A program made the position numbers and the translations under genes. Shown piece by piece: positions 38,704-48,221 of a DNA stretch of 64,000 bases (position 1 is its first letter; each line of letters starts with the position of its first letter). The notes under the pieces were generated by a model. It was not told where the DNA came from, ran no database searches, and saw only the letters and a program-made list of their open reading frames with translations. The stretch is from an uncultured Methanosarcinales archaeon (GTDB lineage Archaea > Nanobdellota > Nanobdellia > Woesearchaeales > ARS49). The stretch covers positions 96,114 through 160,113 of the forward strand of contig CAZWVL010000002.1 of assembly GCA_964637115.1 (NCBI GenBank). The letters run 5' to 3'.

Positions 38704-39291
38704 ACGCGCATCAACTGCCTTGCCTTCCTTTTCATTAATGAAGAACGGGTTAACATCTAATTCTTCAATATTCCTGATTTTTTCCGGCAATTTTGAGAGC
38801 GAGACCATCGCATCAATCAATGCCTTCATTTTGACAGGTTTCTGGCCTCTAACGCCGTGCAGCAAAGCCTTGCCTTTCAACTCATTCAACATCTGCTCGG
38901 CATCCTTGCCAGTAATCGGACACACGCGGAATGAAACGTCCCTGTAAACTTCAACAAAAATTCCGCCAATGCCTGTTAACAGCACGTGGCCAAATGAAGG
39001 ATCGTTCTTGATGCCAAGAAACATTTCAACACCAGAACAATGCTCTTGGACAAGCACTTTGCCCTGTTCAAGAAACTTTGAAGCAATTGTACGAAGTTCT
39101 GCCAAGTCGTGCACAATCTTCACACCGCCCACTTCTGTTTTATGAATAGCTTTTGGAGAGATAAGCTTCAACACGACAGGAAAACCGTAATTCTTCGAAT
39201 AACGTTCAACTTGCGCAAGACTGGAGGCAACGTGATGCTTGGCAACTGGAATGTTCAGTTTGCTTAAGGATTCGTCAACAGTTGATATCAT
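38686..39291 (-). CDS. acdB: ADP-forming acetate--CoA ligase beta subunit (ATP-grasp)
   Basis: FPVVLKLISP..HKTEVGGV, DPSFG, GIGGIFVEVYRDVSFR, ELDVNP, AVDAR. Confidence 0.93.
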   Translation of the reverse strand: MISTVDESLSKLNIPVAKHHVASSLAQVERYSKNYGFPVVLKLISPKAIHKTEVGGVKIVHDLAELRTIASKFLEQGKVLVQEHCSGVEMFLGIKNDPSFGHVLLTGIGGIFVEVYRDVSFRVCPITGKDAEQMLNELKGKALLHGVRGQKPVKMKALIDAMVSLSKLPEKIRNIEELDVNPFFINEKEGKAVDARLVLRD

Positions 39292-40487
39292 GTGCCCTCC
39301 ACCTTTCGCAATGCCCACAAGCCCAGCACAAAAAACACTATCACTGAAATCAAAGCAGCTTGATAGCTTACGAACTTTGCCAGCGCGCCAAAAATAATTG
39401 GGCCAAGAACGCCGGAAAACTTGTTGGTAAGCTCAAGAAAACCAAAAAACTGGCCGATGTCCTTATGCGCGACCATCTGCAGCAATTTCGGACGTTGAGC
39501 GGTCCAGACAGTGCCCAAAGCAGCGCCTCCCAGAGTGCCTGCAATAATGAAAACCGTAAGATTATCGACGAAATACAGCAGGCCGATAACAACGATCCAC
39601 GCTACGCCTGCCCAGACAAGCACTTTCTTAGGACCATATTTATCAGTCCACCTGCCCGAAAGGAAACTGCCGGCAACAGCGCCCAAAGACTGGATAGCGT
39701 ACACAACAAAAAAAGCCTGAACGCTTAAATGAATCTGCTCTCTTGCAAACAAGAACAGGAAAACAATGACTGCATTAATCGCGTCAGCATAAAAAAACAT
39801 TGCGAGAAGGAAAAAAAGAAAAGACCTGTGCTTGCGCAGATTCCTGAAAGTATTGATTACGTTGCGGATACTGTCACGAACGTGCATCCAGGTAGTGCGA
39901 CGATTTAATTTTGATTTTGGCTCATGAATTCCCAGGAATGTGAACAAGGAAAAAGCAAAGAACATTATGGCCGTAGCGGTAAAAATAGCACGCGCACCCT
40001 CAGAAGTTTCCCAGCCAAGCTGTGAAAGCAGAATGGCTGCAATTCCTAATGAGACTAGTGTGCCAACGTAACCCATGCCAGTGCCAATGCCTGACACGTA
40101 TCCGAGTTCGTCACGCTTGGCTATCTTAGGAAGTAGAGCGTTATATGTTGTTAATGCGGCGTGATAGGCGAAATTAGCGAAAAAGCCAGCAGCCAAAGCC
40201 CAGCCAAGCGAAACCTGTCCGACCAGCCAAGTTAGCAGGCAGCAGACAATAGTAAAAATAACAATAAACGGCATCCGCCTGCCAATAACATCGCTCCAAG
40301 CGCCGATGATGGGGACTATGAACCCTACCGCAAGCATACTTAATCCGAATACAAGACCAATCTGGAACTCATTGCCGCCAAGAAAAGTCTTAACGTAGAA
40401 TGGGAAGAAGAACGTGACAAACAATGCTGAGAAAATAGTATTTGCCAGGTCATACATGCCCCAGGCAAAAACCTCTTTCTTTTTCAT
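39288..40487 (-). CDS. MFS transporter (UMF1/Atg22-like)
   Basis: AWGMYDLANTIFS, YNALLP, SGIGTGMGYVG, ~12 TMs. Confidence 0.9.
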   Translation of the reverse strand: MKKKEVFAWGMYDLANTIFSALFVTFFFPFYVKTFLGGNEFQIGLVFGLSMLAVGFIVPIIGAWSDVIGRRMPFIVIFTIVCCLLTWLVGQVSLGWALAAGFFANFAYHAALTTYNALLPKIAKRDELGYVSGIGTGMGYVGTLVSLGIAAILLSQLGWETSEGARAIFTATAIMFFAFSLFTFLGIHEPKSKLNRRTTWMHVRDSIRNVINTFRNLRKHRSFLFFLLAMFFYADAINAVIVFLFLFAREQIHLSVQAFFVVYAIQSLGAVAGSFLSGRWTDKYGPKKVLVWAGVAWIVVIGLLYFVDNLTVFIIAGTLGGAALGTVWTAQRPKLLQMVAHKDIGQFFGFLELTNKFSGVLGPIIFGALAKFVSYQAALISVIVFFVLGLWALRKVEGT

Positions 40488-40564
40488 AACAGGGCAGTGT
40501 ATATTTCCTTTTAAAAACCTTGCCAACAAAAAGGTATATTAATCACTTAATCAACAAAGAAAGA

Positions 40565-40870
40565 ATGAACCACGACCGAACGCTTCTAATAACAGCATTT
40601 GTTAGCATATTCGTGCTGCTCGTAATAGGCACAATAGCATTCAAGCATATCGAAGGGTGGTCAACCGTTAATGCCCTGTATTTCACAGGAATGACTATGC
40701 TCACAGTGGGATACGGTGATATAACACCGCATACCACCGCAGGAAAAATAGCTGCTCTCATTTTCGCGTTTGTTTCAGTAGGAATAGCGTTGTATGCTGT
40801 CAACTTAATCGCGCGCATTGCATTCAGGCAAAAACTAGAAAGCACTAAATGGCTGCTGAAGAAAAAATAA
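40565..40870 (+). CDS. 2-TM potassium channel pore subunit
   Basis: ALYF...TVGYGDITP selectivity filter. Confidence 0.92.
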   Translation: MNHDRTLLITAFVSIFVLLVIGTIAFKHIEGWSTVNALYFTGMTMLTVGYGDITPHTTAGKIAALIFAFVSVGIALYAVNLIARIAFRQKLESTKWLLKKK

Positions 40871-41428
40871 TCATCTATCGTACTGCTTAAGCTTCTCAGC
40901 CCAATTAATAGTAAAGTTCTCGGTGTCAAGACAAGTAACTTGCATAAATTCAACCAACACTTCAACAGTCTGGGAGTCAATCATATCATTGTTAATTGAA
41001 ATGGTAGATGCAATCCAGCCCTTGAACAACCTGCCGCCCATATAATTAAAGCGCATTACCTTTTTCAGCTCAATAGGCCTTTTCTGCTGCTGCTCTTCCA
41101 GACCAATCCAAGTGAGATTATAGCAGGAAGCATTTCTTACTGCTGCTTCTAATTCCGGAATCATCTTGTGCGCTGCGCCGATAGTCAAGTCTTCAAACAC
41201 TTCCTCTGTCACGCTTCCTGTAATTGAATTTGAAGAGTTTTCGGTAATGTTTTGAGTTTCATTAAGAACATCTTCAGTTAAATTCAGCTCTTTAGTTGTG
41301 TTTTCAGGGACTGACTTGATTGTCTGCACAACTTCAGGAGAATAAACTGTTTCGTTTACTTCCGGCTCAACAAACTCCACGCATGCGGCCAGCAGTAATA
41401 GAACAGCCACAACCCATCCCGATTTCAT
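40871..41428 (-). CDS. Hypothetical lipoprotein
   Basis: LAAC lipobox, N/T/E-rich linker with NxT sequons. Confidence 0.65.
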   Translation of the reverse strand: MKSGWVVAVLLLLAACVEFVEPEVNETVYSPEVVQTIKSVPENTTKELNLTEDVLNETQNITENSSNSITGSVTEEVFEDLTIGAAHKMIPELEAAVRNASCYNLTWIGLEEQQQKRPIELKKVMRFNYMGGRLFKGWIASTISINNDMIDSQTVEVLVEFMQVTCLDTENFTINWAEKLKQYDR

Positions 41429-41488
41429 ATGCTATGCGTCCATATAGACGTATAAAAGGCTTTTGATGGTGAAAAATATAAAAGAAAA

Positions 41489-42235
41489 TTAAAGAATTTT
41501 CGTACACATCAACCCATTATCAAGCGCCGCAAGATAGAAGCTTTTGACTCTTGAATCGCAGCGGGATTTAGGCAGATGCGTTCCTGTAATTTTTTGCAGA
41601 TAGTCTTCCATCATATGACCGTAATCATTGATGTTATCAGCAATAATCATGCCGTTCTTGTTCATGATAGGAACTAACAGATCCAAGTACTTGCCATAGT
41701 TCTCCTTGTCCGCATCCAAAAAGACGAAATCAATTTTAGGACTTTTCCAGTTAGAAAGAATCTGCGATGCTTCGCCTTCGAGCAGCGTGATGTTTGTAAG
41801 ACCGCTCTTGCTGATGTGCTTTTTCGCCAAATCTATCTTCGGCTGAAGGAGTTCTATAGTATTCACTTTTCCTTTTGCGCATTTTGCAGCATTTGCCAGG
41901 AAAATAGTTGAAAATGCAGCTGAAGTGCCAATTTCCAGAATATGCTTGTAGCCTGCCAGCTCAATTATTCTTTTCATGACCATGGCAGATTTTCTTGGTA
42001 CTGACCAAAAGCCAATTTTCTCGTTCTTTTCCTTACGGCCAAAAGAGTGCGCGTTGTCCTGAGGAACAAAATACCATGTTTTCTCCAGTTTTTCAATTTC
42101 TGTAAGCGCGGATTGCTCATCGGCATTCAATTTATTGCGGAGAACTTCCATGGAATTCAGTTTGGCCGGAATTTTAAGCTTTGCCAAAACGTGTTTAGCA
42201 ATGAAAAGCTCGTCCATTTGGTCAATGCTTGTCAT
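41489..42235 (-). CDS. Class I SAM-dependent O-methyltransferase with N-terminal extension
   Basis: ILEIGTSAAFST, FLDADKENY, IIADNI. Confidence 0.85.
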   Translation of the reverse strand: MTSIDQMDELFIAKHVLAKLKIPAKLNSMEVLRNKLNADEQSALTEIEKLEKTWYFVPQDNAHSFGRKEKNEKIGFWSVPRKSAMVMKRIIELAGYKHILEIGTSAAFSTIFLANAAKCAKGKVNTIELLQPKIDLAKKHISKSGLTNITLLEGEASQILSNWKSPKIDFVFLDADKENYGKYLDLLVPIMNKNGMIIADNINDYGHMMEDYLQKITGTHLPKSRCDSRVKSFYLAALDNGLMCTKIL

Positions 42236-42236
42236 T

Positions 42237-43241
42237 TTAGCCTCCAAAATTCAACAATCCGTTGCCAGTATTGATGACAAGCACCGAGCTTTTCTGCGGG
42301 TCAAATGAAGGATCGATTTCCTTAAGCCTTGGAAGCAGAGCAAATCCGCTTGCACCGCTTGCTTCAGCAGAAATTCCATTAGTTTTCAAGACCTTCATTG
42401 CTTGCATAATTTCCTCGTCGCCAACATGATGAACAAGGTATGGCTTGCGCACACGGCCCTTTTTGTCGATAGTATCATGTCGTGTCCAACCTTTTCCGTC
42501 ACGTGCGAGCGCTTCTGTGTCAACCCAGATAGGGCCGAACAGCATAATCGCTATCGTATCAGGGTTTCCTGAGCTCACTGGAATGACCTTTGTCTTGAGA
42601 TTATTGTCGTTAATGTAATCGATAATCTCATTGCAGAGAATTCCAGCTCCAAAAGGCACTATTACGAAGTCTGGAGCATTTTTGAGCTGTTCAATGGCTT
42701 CGATAATGATGTTTACATACGCTGGCCTGTCGAGTCCTTCGGTTATGTCAACAAAGCAGTCAAGCACTTTGTTGTTTTTGCGGGCAAGTTCTTCAAGGTC
42801 CTTTTCGCGGTAGATTTTTGCACTTAAGTCTATATCCACGATGTCGCAAGTTTTGACAATTTTGCCAAGCACTTCTTTAGCATCAAGAATAGTGCCTTCG
42901 GAGTTGGGTCCAAACTTCTTTCCAAATAGCTTTGGAGGCACAAAAGCTACTGCATTGACGACTTTGCTTCCGAAGGCCTTGTTCAGCTGATCGCAGAAAA
43001 AACCCATGCTGAATGCAGTATTACCATATGAGATGGAGCCAAAGGTCGTTTTCTTTATAGGCAGACCTTTGTTCAGTGATTCAACTATCGGCTTGAGCAT
43101 TTCAAAGGCTAATCTGTCCTTGAACGTATTCGTCGGATTTTTTGTTTCGTCCTTCATGAAAAGGTGTGCTACATTAAACAATCCGCTTACATTCACGAGC
43201 GGCGTATTTCCGGGCTTTTGCAGTGTTATTTTTTGGTTCAT
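42237..43241 (-). CDS. PLP-dependent fold-type II enzyme (threonine-synthase-like, divergent)
   Basis: GNTPL, KDETKNPTNTFKDR (PLP Lys), SYGNT, VPFGAG, EASGA, INTGNG. Confidence 0.85.
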   Translation of the reverse strand: MNQKITLQKPGNTPLVNVSGLFNVAHLFMKDETKNPTNTFKDRLAFEMLKPIVESLNKGLPIKKTTFGSISYGNTAFSMGFFCDQLNKAFGSKVVNAVAFVPPKLFGKKFGPNSEGTILDAKEVLGKIVKTCDIVDIDLSAKIYREKDLEELARKNNKVLDCFVDITEGLDRPAYVNIIIEAIEQLKNAPDFVIVPFGAGILCNEIIDYINDNNLKTKVIPVSSGNPDTIAIMLFGPIWVDTEALARDGKGWTRHDTIDKKGRVRKPYLVHHVGDEEIMQAMKVLKTNGISAEASGASGFALLPRLKEIDPSFDPQKSSVLVINTGNGLLNFGG

Positions 43242-43358
43242 TTTGACCACCTCATTTATACTACTGCTAGGTGGTAAATTGGTATTTTAAGTTTTGTTAC
43301 CCCTTTTGGAGATATAAGATGAGAAAGCTTATATAGGCCGGAATGGGATTTTAGGCCA

Positions 43359-44087
43359 ATGGATGTTGAAATATTCAAAGAACTCGGATTTACGGAAAGA
43401 GAGATTAAAGTCTATCTGGCACTGCTTGAACTGGGGTCGAGTACAGTAGGCCCAATATCCGACAAGTCAGGATTACAGCATACTAAAGTCTATGAAACGC
43501 TGCAGAAGTTAATCGAAAAGGGGCTGGTGCACTATATCATCGTCTCAAAAACCAAGCATTTTGAAGCAGCTGACCCAAAACAAATCCTTTCAATGCTTGA
43601 AGAACGCAAGAGAAAATTCGCATCTGTTCTTGACGAGCTAGAGCTAAAGCAGAAGTTTGCAAAGGAAAAACAAGTTGCAATAGTGCACGACGGGTTCAAG
43701 GCGGTAAAAGCGCTGTTTAACAGAATAGCTGATGAGCTGCAAAAAGGAGACTTCTACTATGCATTTGCCCTCAAAGAAGCATATAGAGACACGTCAGCTC
43801 CGTTATTGCTTAGAACATTCCATCAAAAGTTAGCAGAGAAAAAGATAAATGACAAGGCGCTGGTGAGCATTGAAGTAAAAAAAGAAGTGAAGTCAGCATA
43901 CCAAGACAATAAAAACATACAACTAAGGTTTGTAAAAAGAAGCACGCCAATCGGCTGCATAATAATCAAAAACAAAGTAATCCAGCTCGTGTGGGGGGAA
44001 AGACCAACAGCAATTGAAACAACCTCCTCACAAATCTACCAGCAATACAAGAAATTTTTTGAAGAATTATGGGAGGAAGCAAAATGA
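43359..44087 (+). CDS. TrmB-family transcriptional regulator
   Basis: LGFTEREIKVYLALLELG...KVYETLQKLIEKGLV. Confidence 0.9.
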   Translation: MDVEIFKELGFTEREIKVYLALLELGSSTVGPISDKSGLQHTKVYETLQKLIEKGLVHYIIVSKTKHFEAADPKQILSMLEERKRKFASVLDELELKQKFAKEKQVAIVHDGFKAVKALFNRIADELQKGDFYYAFALKEAYRDTSAPLLLRTFHQKLAEKKINDKALVSIEVKKEVKSAYQDNKNIQLRFVKRSTPIGCIIIKNKVIQLVWGERPTAIETTSSQIYQQYKKFFEELWEEAK

Positions 44088-44135
44088 AACCTTTTTATAC
44101 AGTGCTTCCAGCATATACAACCAAAAAGAGGTCAT

Positions 44136-44732
44136 ATGGTATACCCAATTAGCAAGTTAGTGTTCTGGCCACTCTTATCGCTATTTATTAAAAGAATTGA
44201 TGGATTAAAGAACCTGCCGAAAAAACCATTCATATTTGCATCAAATCATTCAAGCTACATTGACGGCGTAATACTGATATTTCTTGTGGCATGGCACCGC
44301 AACATGCAATTGTGCGCGTTTGCGACAAACGAAAAATTCCTAGGACCATTCTGGAACATGATGTTCAACCATTTTGGCGCTATACGAGTGAACGGAAGCA
44401 TGGAAAAAGCACTCGAAGCACTAAAACAAGGAAAATCAATGGGAATATTTCCAGAAGGCGGAAGAACGTACGCTCACAAACTAAATCCCATCAAGCACAC
44501 AGGACTAGGAGTGCTCGCACTGTTAAGCAAAAAACCAGTTGTGCCCGTAGCAATGAACACCTGGCACTTCTGGAACAGATACCAAACAATTCCAAACTTC
44601 AAAAGCAACATCAAAATTACAATAGGAAAGCCAATACGGTTCAAAGGCAAACTAAACAAAAAAACAGCAAGGAAAGTAATCAACACAGTGTGGAAAGAGG
44701 TGAAACGCCTTGCGCGAATATCTCACGCTTAA
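44136..44732 (+). CDS. PlsC-like lysophospholipid acyltransferase
   Basis: NHSSYID (HX4D), IFPEGGRT, VPVA. Confidence 0.9.
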   Translation: MVYPISKLVFWPLLSLFIKRIDGLKNLPKKPFIFASNHSSYIDGVILIFLVAWHRNMQLCAFATNEKFLGPFWNMMFNHFGAIRVNGSMEKALEALKQGKSMGIFPEGGRTYAHKLNPIKHTGLGVLALLSKKPVVPVAMNTWHFWNRYQTIPNFKSNIKITIGKPIRFKGKLNKKTARKVINTVWKEVKRLARISHA

Positions 44733-46173
44733 ACAACTAAGGACGTTTACCTTTGAAAAAATAGAAAGACTGCAGAATATAAGATTTAAAGCAACGTGCA
44801 GGTTCATGCTGCCATACGTGCCATTCTATGCCAATATGTTCAAACAGTACGGAGTTGATCCATTCAGCCTGAAAAAAGTGGAGGACTGGAAAACAAAAGG
44901 ACTGCCATTGATAAAAAAAGCAACTTACATGAAAAACCCGAAGGATTTTGTTGTAACACCAGACCTTAAAAAAATATTTTACAACCATTTCTCATATCTT
45001 GACAATCAAGGCGAATATGGCAGTGCCGCGCACTTGCTCCTTTCCCACCATAAAAAAGAGATTCTTAAAAATTATTACTCGCCCAAAATGCTGATATTTT
45101 CAGGAGGAACAGAAAGCGGAAATCCAACGCCGGTTTTACTTACGGGAGCGCAGAAATTTGACAATTTAATGCCAATCCTAAAGATTATTGGCGATATAAT
45201 CTTCGAAAAAATTCCCATGGATAAAAAAACAGGAATGAACGTTTTCCCCTACGCGCCTCATTTAGGCTGGCACGCAGTACATCACGCCCTTGACATAAAT
45301 GCAGACTTGAACTTATGCACGGCAGCAGGAGGAGCAATCCCAACAGAAAGACTAATTGCGCTGGCTGGCAAATCACAACCAAACATCATTTGTGGCATGA
45401 GCGATTATCTTCGTAACAGATTCCTGCCAATGGCCATAGAGAAGAAAATAAGGCTGCCGGAGCAGGTATTGTTCATTAATGGAGCGCAAAAAATGCACGA
45501 TGCAGAAAGAGACAAAATAGCAGAACTCGCACGAAAAGTTGGCGTAATCCAGGCAATCGTGCTTGATTTGTACGGCGCGAGCGAATTCAAAGAAGCATTA
45601 TTGCCAGAATGTTCTCCAAAAAGCGGATACCATCACGTTGCACCACTAAGTACTATAATCAAGACAGTGGAAGTCGAGCACGCAACAGATGAAGTAATAG
45701 ATGACTGGAACTTCGCACCACAAGGCTACGCGGCAAGCTGGAACATTGACGGTGCGGGAACACTCCTGAATGGATATTTTATTGGAGACAAATACGACAA
45801 AGTAACAAGTGAAAAGTGCCAGCACTGCCAGCTAAATGTCACACGATTGTATGGAATCAACAGAATACGAGAAGTAGAAGCACAATACAGGCTAACTGGT
45901 GTTGTGGAAGAGAAAGTCAAAGGAACACGCGTTAATCTGGTATCAATAAGAGACACTGCACTTTCATTAACTGAAGTCAAGGAAGCGCAAGTCTATCTCA
46001 ACAGAAAAAAAGCAATAATTGAATTAAGAATAATAACGGATTCGTTCACAAAAGCAAAACAACAACTGACAAAACTGTTTGCGGGAGAAGAAATAAGGCC
46101 GAAAATCGTTCAAAGCACATTGCAGAAATTACAAGGCGACAAGATAAAGTTTGAGGGTATTAAAGTAGAATGA
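44710..46173 (+). CDS. Adenylate-forming ligase (PaaK/F390-synthetase-like)
   Basis: PFY..F...GVDP...LP..K N-terminus; SGGTESGNP P-loop variant; LYGASE. Confidence 0.7.
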   Translation: MREYLTLKQLRTFTFEKIERLQNIRFKATCRFMLPYVPFYANMFKQYGVDPFSLKKVEDWKTKGLPLIKKATYMKNPKDFVVTPDLKKIFYNHFSYLDNQGEYGSAAHLLLSHHKKEILKNYYSPKMLIFSGGTESGNPTPVLLTGAQKFDNLMPILKIIGDIIFEKIPMDKKTGMNVFPYAPHLGWHAVHHALDINADLNLCTAAGGAIPTERLIALAGKSQPNIICGMSDYLRNRFLPMAIEKKIRLPEQVLFINGAQKMHDAERDKIAELARKVGVIQAIVLDLYGASEFKEALLPECSPKSGYHHVAPLSTIIKTVEVEHATDEVIDDWNFAPQGYAASWNIDGAGTLLNGYFIGDKYDKVTSEKCQHCQLNVTRLYGINRIREVEAQYRLTGVVEEKVKGTRVNLVSIRDTALSLTEVKEAQVYLNRKKAIIELRIITDSFTKAKQQLTKLFAGEEIRPKIVQSTLQKLQGDKIKFEGIKVE

Positions 46174-47519
46174 ACCTTGACCCATTCTTTCACGCGAAAA
46201 GCATTGCAATCGTTGGAGCAGCAAGAGAGCCGGGAAAAGTAGGAAATACGATTTTGAAGCAGATGATGGGCAGAGATTTCAAGCTGTATCCAGTAAATCC
46301 GAATGCTGACAATATTCTCGGCTTGAAATGCTATGCAAGTGTACTGCAAATACCTACAAAAGTTGAACTTGCGGTAATTGCAACACCTGGCGCTACTGTA
46401 CCAAGCATACTTGATCAGTGCGGCAAGAAAGGAATCAAGCACGTTGTGATAATTTCAGCAGGCTTCAAAGAAATAGGCAACATGAAACTTGAGAAAGAAC
46501 TGCAGGATAAATTGAAAGGAAACGATATAACCTGCATTGGGCCGAATTGTCTAGGAATATTTGACGCGCATACAAACATGGACATGCTGTTTTTGCCCAA
46601 GGAACGATTACAACGGCCAAAACCGGGTGTTATATCATTCATTTCACAAAGCGGGGCGACAGGAAGTGCGGTTTTAGATTTGGCCGCGTATGAAAATTAT
46701 GGTTTTGCAAAGTTCATCAGCTACGGCAATGCTGCAAACGTGGATGAAAGCGATTTGCTGGACTATCTTTCAAAGGATCCTGATACCAAAGTCATCTGCA
46801 TGTATATTGAAGGAGCGCATAACGGCAGAAAATTCCTTGAAACGGCAAAAAGATGTAAAAAACCAATCATTGTAGTAAAGGGAGGAGTTACAGAAGCAGG
46901 AAGCAAAGCAGCAAAAAGCCACACGGGCGCTTTGGCAGGTAGCGCAGACGTTTATTATGGAGCGTTCAAGCAGGCAAATTTAGTTATTGCACATAAATTA
47001 GAAGAATTGTTTGAATTTGCCAAATTATTTGAGAAAGCACGAGTACGTGCAACAGGCGACAGAGTGCACATAATCACCAATGGCGGCGGATACGGCATTC
47101 TGACTGCAGATGCAATTACTCATTATGGACTACAATTGGCACAAGTAGGCAAAAAAATCAAAGATTTGCAGAAAGTTTTCCCTCCGACGGTAGTTGTAGA
47201 TAATCCAACTGATGTTCTTGGTGATGCAACTGTTGAAAGGTATAAGCTGGTGCTTGAAGCGGCGCTAAAAGACATTACAAATGACAGCATTGTAGTTACA
47301 GTACTTACACAAACGCCGCTTTTAGATGAAAGTTTAGTGCGCGTTATTAGAGACATCAACGCAAAAGCACACAAGCCGATAATTCTGGTAATAACCGGGA
47401 GCGAATATTCATTACGCATGAAAAAACAGTTTGAAGCAGCAGGATTAGCGTGCTTTACTTTCCCAGAGAACGCTGTTAGGGCGCTGGCGGCGTATACGCA
47501 TTACTGCTTGAATTCTTAA
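46170..47519 (+). CDS. acdA: ADP-forming acetate--CoA ligase alpha subunit
   Basis: IVGAAREPGKVG, IGPNCLG, SQSG, SYGN, SHTG (phospho-His), TNGGG, NPTD. Confidence 0.93.
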   Translation: MNLDPFFHAKSIAIVGAAREPGKVGNTILKQMMGRDFKLYPVNPNADNILGLKCYASVLQIPTKVELAVIATPGATVPSILDQCGKKGIKHVVIISAGFKEIGNMKLEKELQDKLKGNDITCIGPNCLGIFDAHTNMDMLFLPKERLQRPKPGVISFISQSGATGSAVLDLAAYENYGFAKFISYGNAANVDESDLLDYLSKDPDTKVICMYIEGAHNGRKFLETAKRCKKPIIVVKGGVTEAGSKAAKSHTGALAGSADVYYGAFKQANLVIAHKLEELFEFAKLFEKARVRATGDRVHIITNGGGYGILTADAITHYGLQLAQVGKKIKDLQKVFPPTVVVDNPTDVLGDATVERYKLVLEAALKDITNDSIVVTVLTQTPLLDESLVRVIRDINAKAHKPIILVITGSEYSLRMKKQFEAAGLACFTFPENAVRALAAYTHYCLNS

Positions 47520-47585
47520 TATTCTTCCAATCTGCTCAAAATATTTATATACTTTCAAGAACTCCGTGAATTCGAGAGGTGAATT

Positions 47586-48221
47586 ATGTCCATTCGTGAA
47601 TTGCTTAGCCCAAAAAATTGCTCATTCCTTCTTGTTGACTACCAGCCACAAATGCTTTTTGCAGTGCACTCGATTGATGGACAAACACTGATTAACAATG
47701 CAACAGGCCTTGCGAAGGCAGCCAAAGTCTTCAAGATCCCTACAGTCTTAACCACAATCTCAGAAAAGAGTTTCAGCGGTCCTATTTTCCCTGAAGTATT
47801 GAATGTTTTATCAAAAATCAAGCCAATCGACAGGACAAGCATCAACTGCTGGGAAGACAAAAAAGTAGTTGCTGCAGTTGAGAAAAGTGGAAGGAAAAAA
47901 CTGGTCGTCGCAGGATTATGGACTACGCTGTGCGTCGGCATGCCAGTGATTCACGCGCTCGAAGCAGGTTATGAAGTATATTTCGTTGTAGACGCCTGCG
48001 GCGATGTTAGCAACACGGCGCACGATATGGCCGTAAAGCGGATGATCCAAGCAGGCGCAGTGCCCGTTACCTGGCTGCAAGTGCTCCTAGAAATCCAACG
48101 AGACTGGGCATATAAAGAAACCTATGATGCAGTTCTCCAAGTGGCAAGGGAGCACTCAGGCGCGTACGGAACAGGCATTCGCTATGCAGATGCCATGATC
48201 TGGAAGAAAAATAAACATTAA
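47586..48221 (+). CDS. Isochorismatase-family cysteine hydrolase (YcaC-like)
   Basis: LLVDYQP, DRTSINCWED, AGLWTTLCV, VVDACG. Confidence 0.9.
   Translation: MSIRELLSPKNCSFLLVDYQPQMLFAVHSIDGQTLINNATGLAKAAKVFKIPTVLTTISEKSFSGPIFPEVLNVLSKIKPIDRTSINCWEDKKVVAAVEKSGRKKLVVAGLWTTLCVGMPVIHALEAGYEVYFVVDACGDVSNTAHDMAVKRMIQAGAVPVTWLQVLLEIQRDWAYKETYDAVLQVAREHSGAYGTGIRYADAMIWKKNKH

Noticed and set aside
42237-43241. Assignment as thrC
   Set aside because: Motif departures and no hom/thrB context; left at family level
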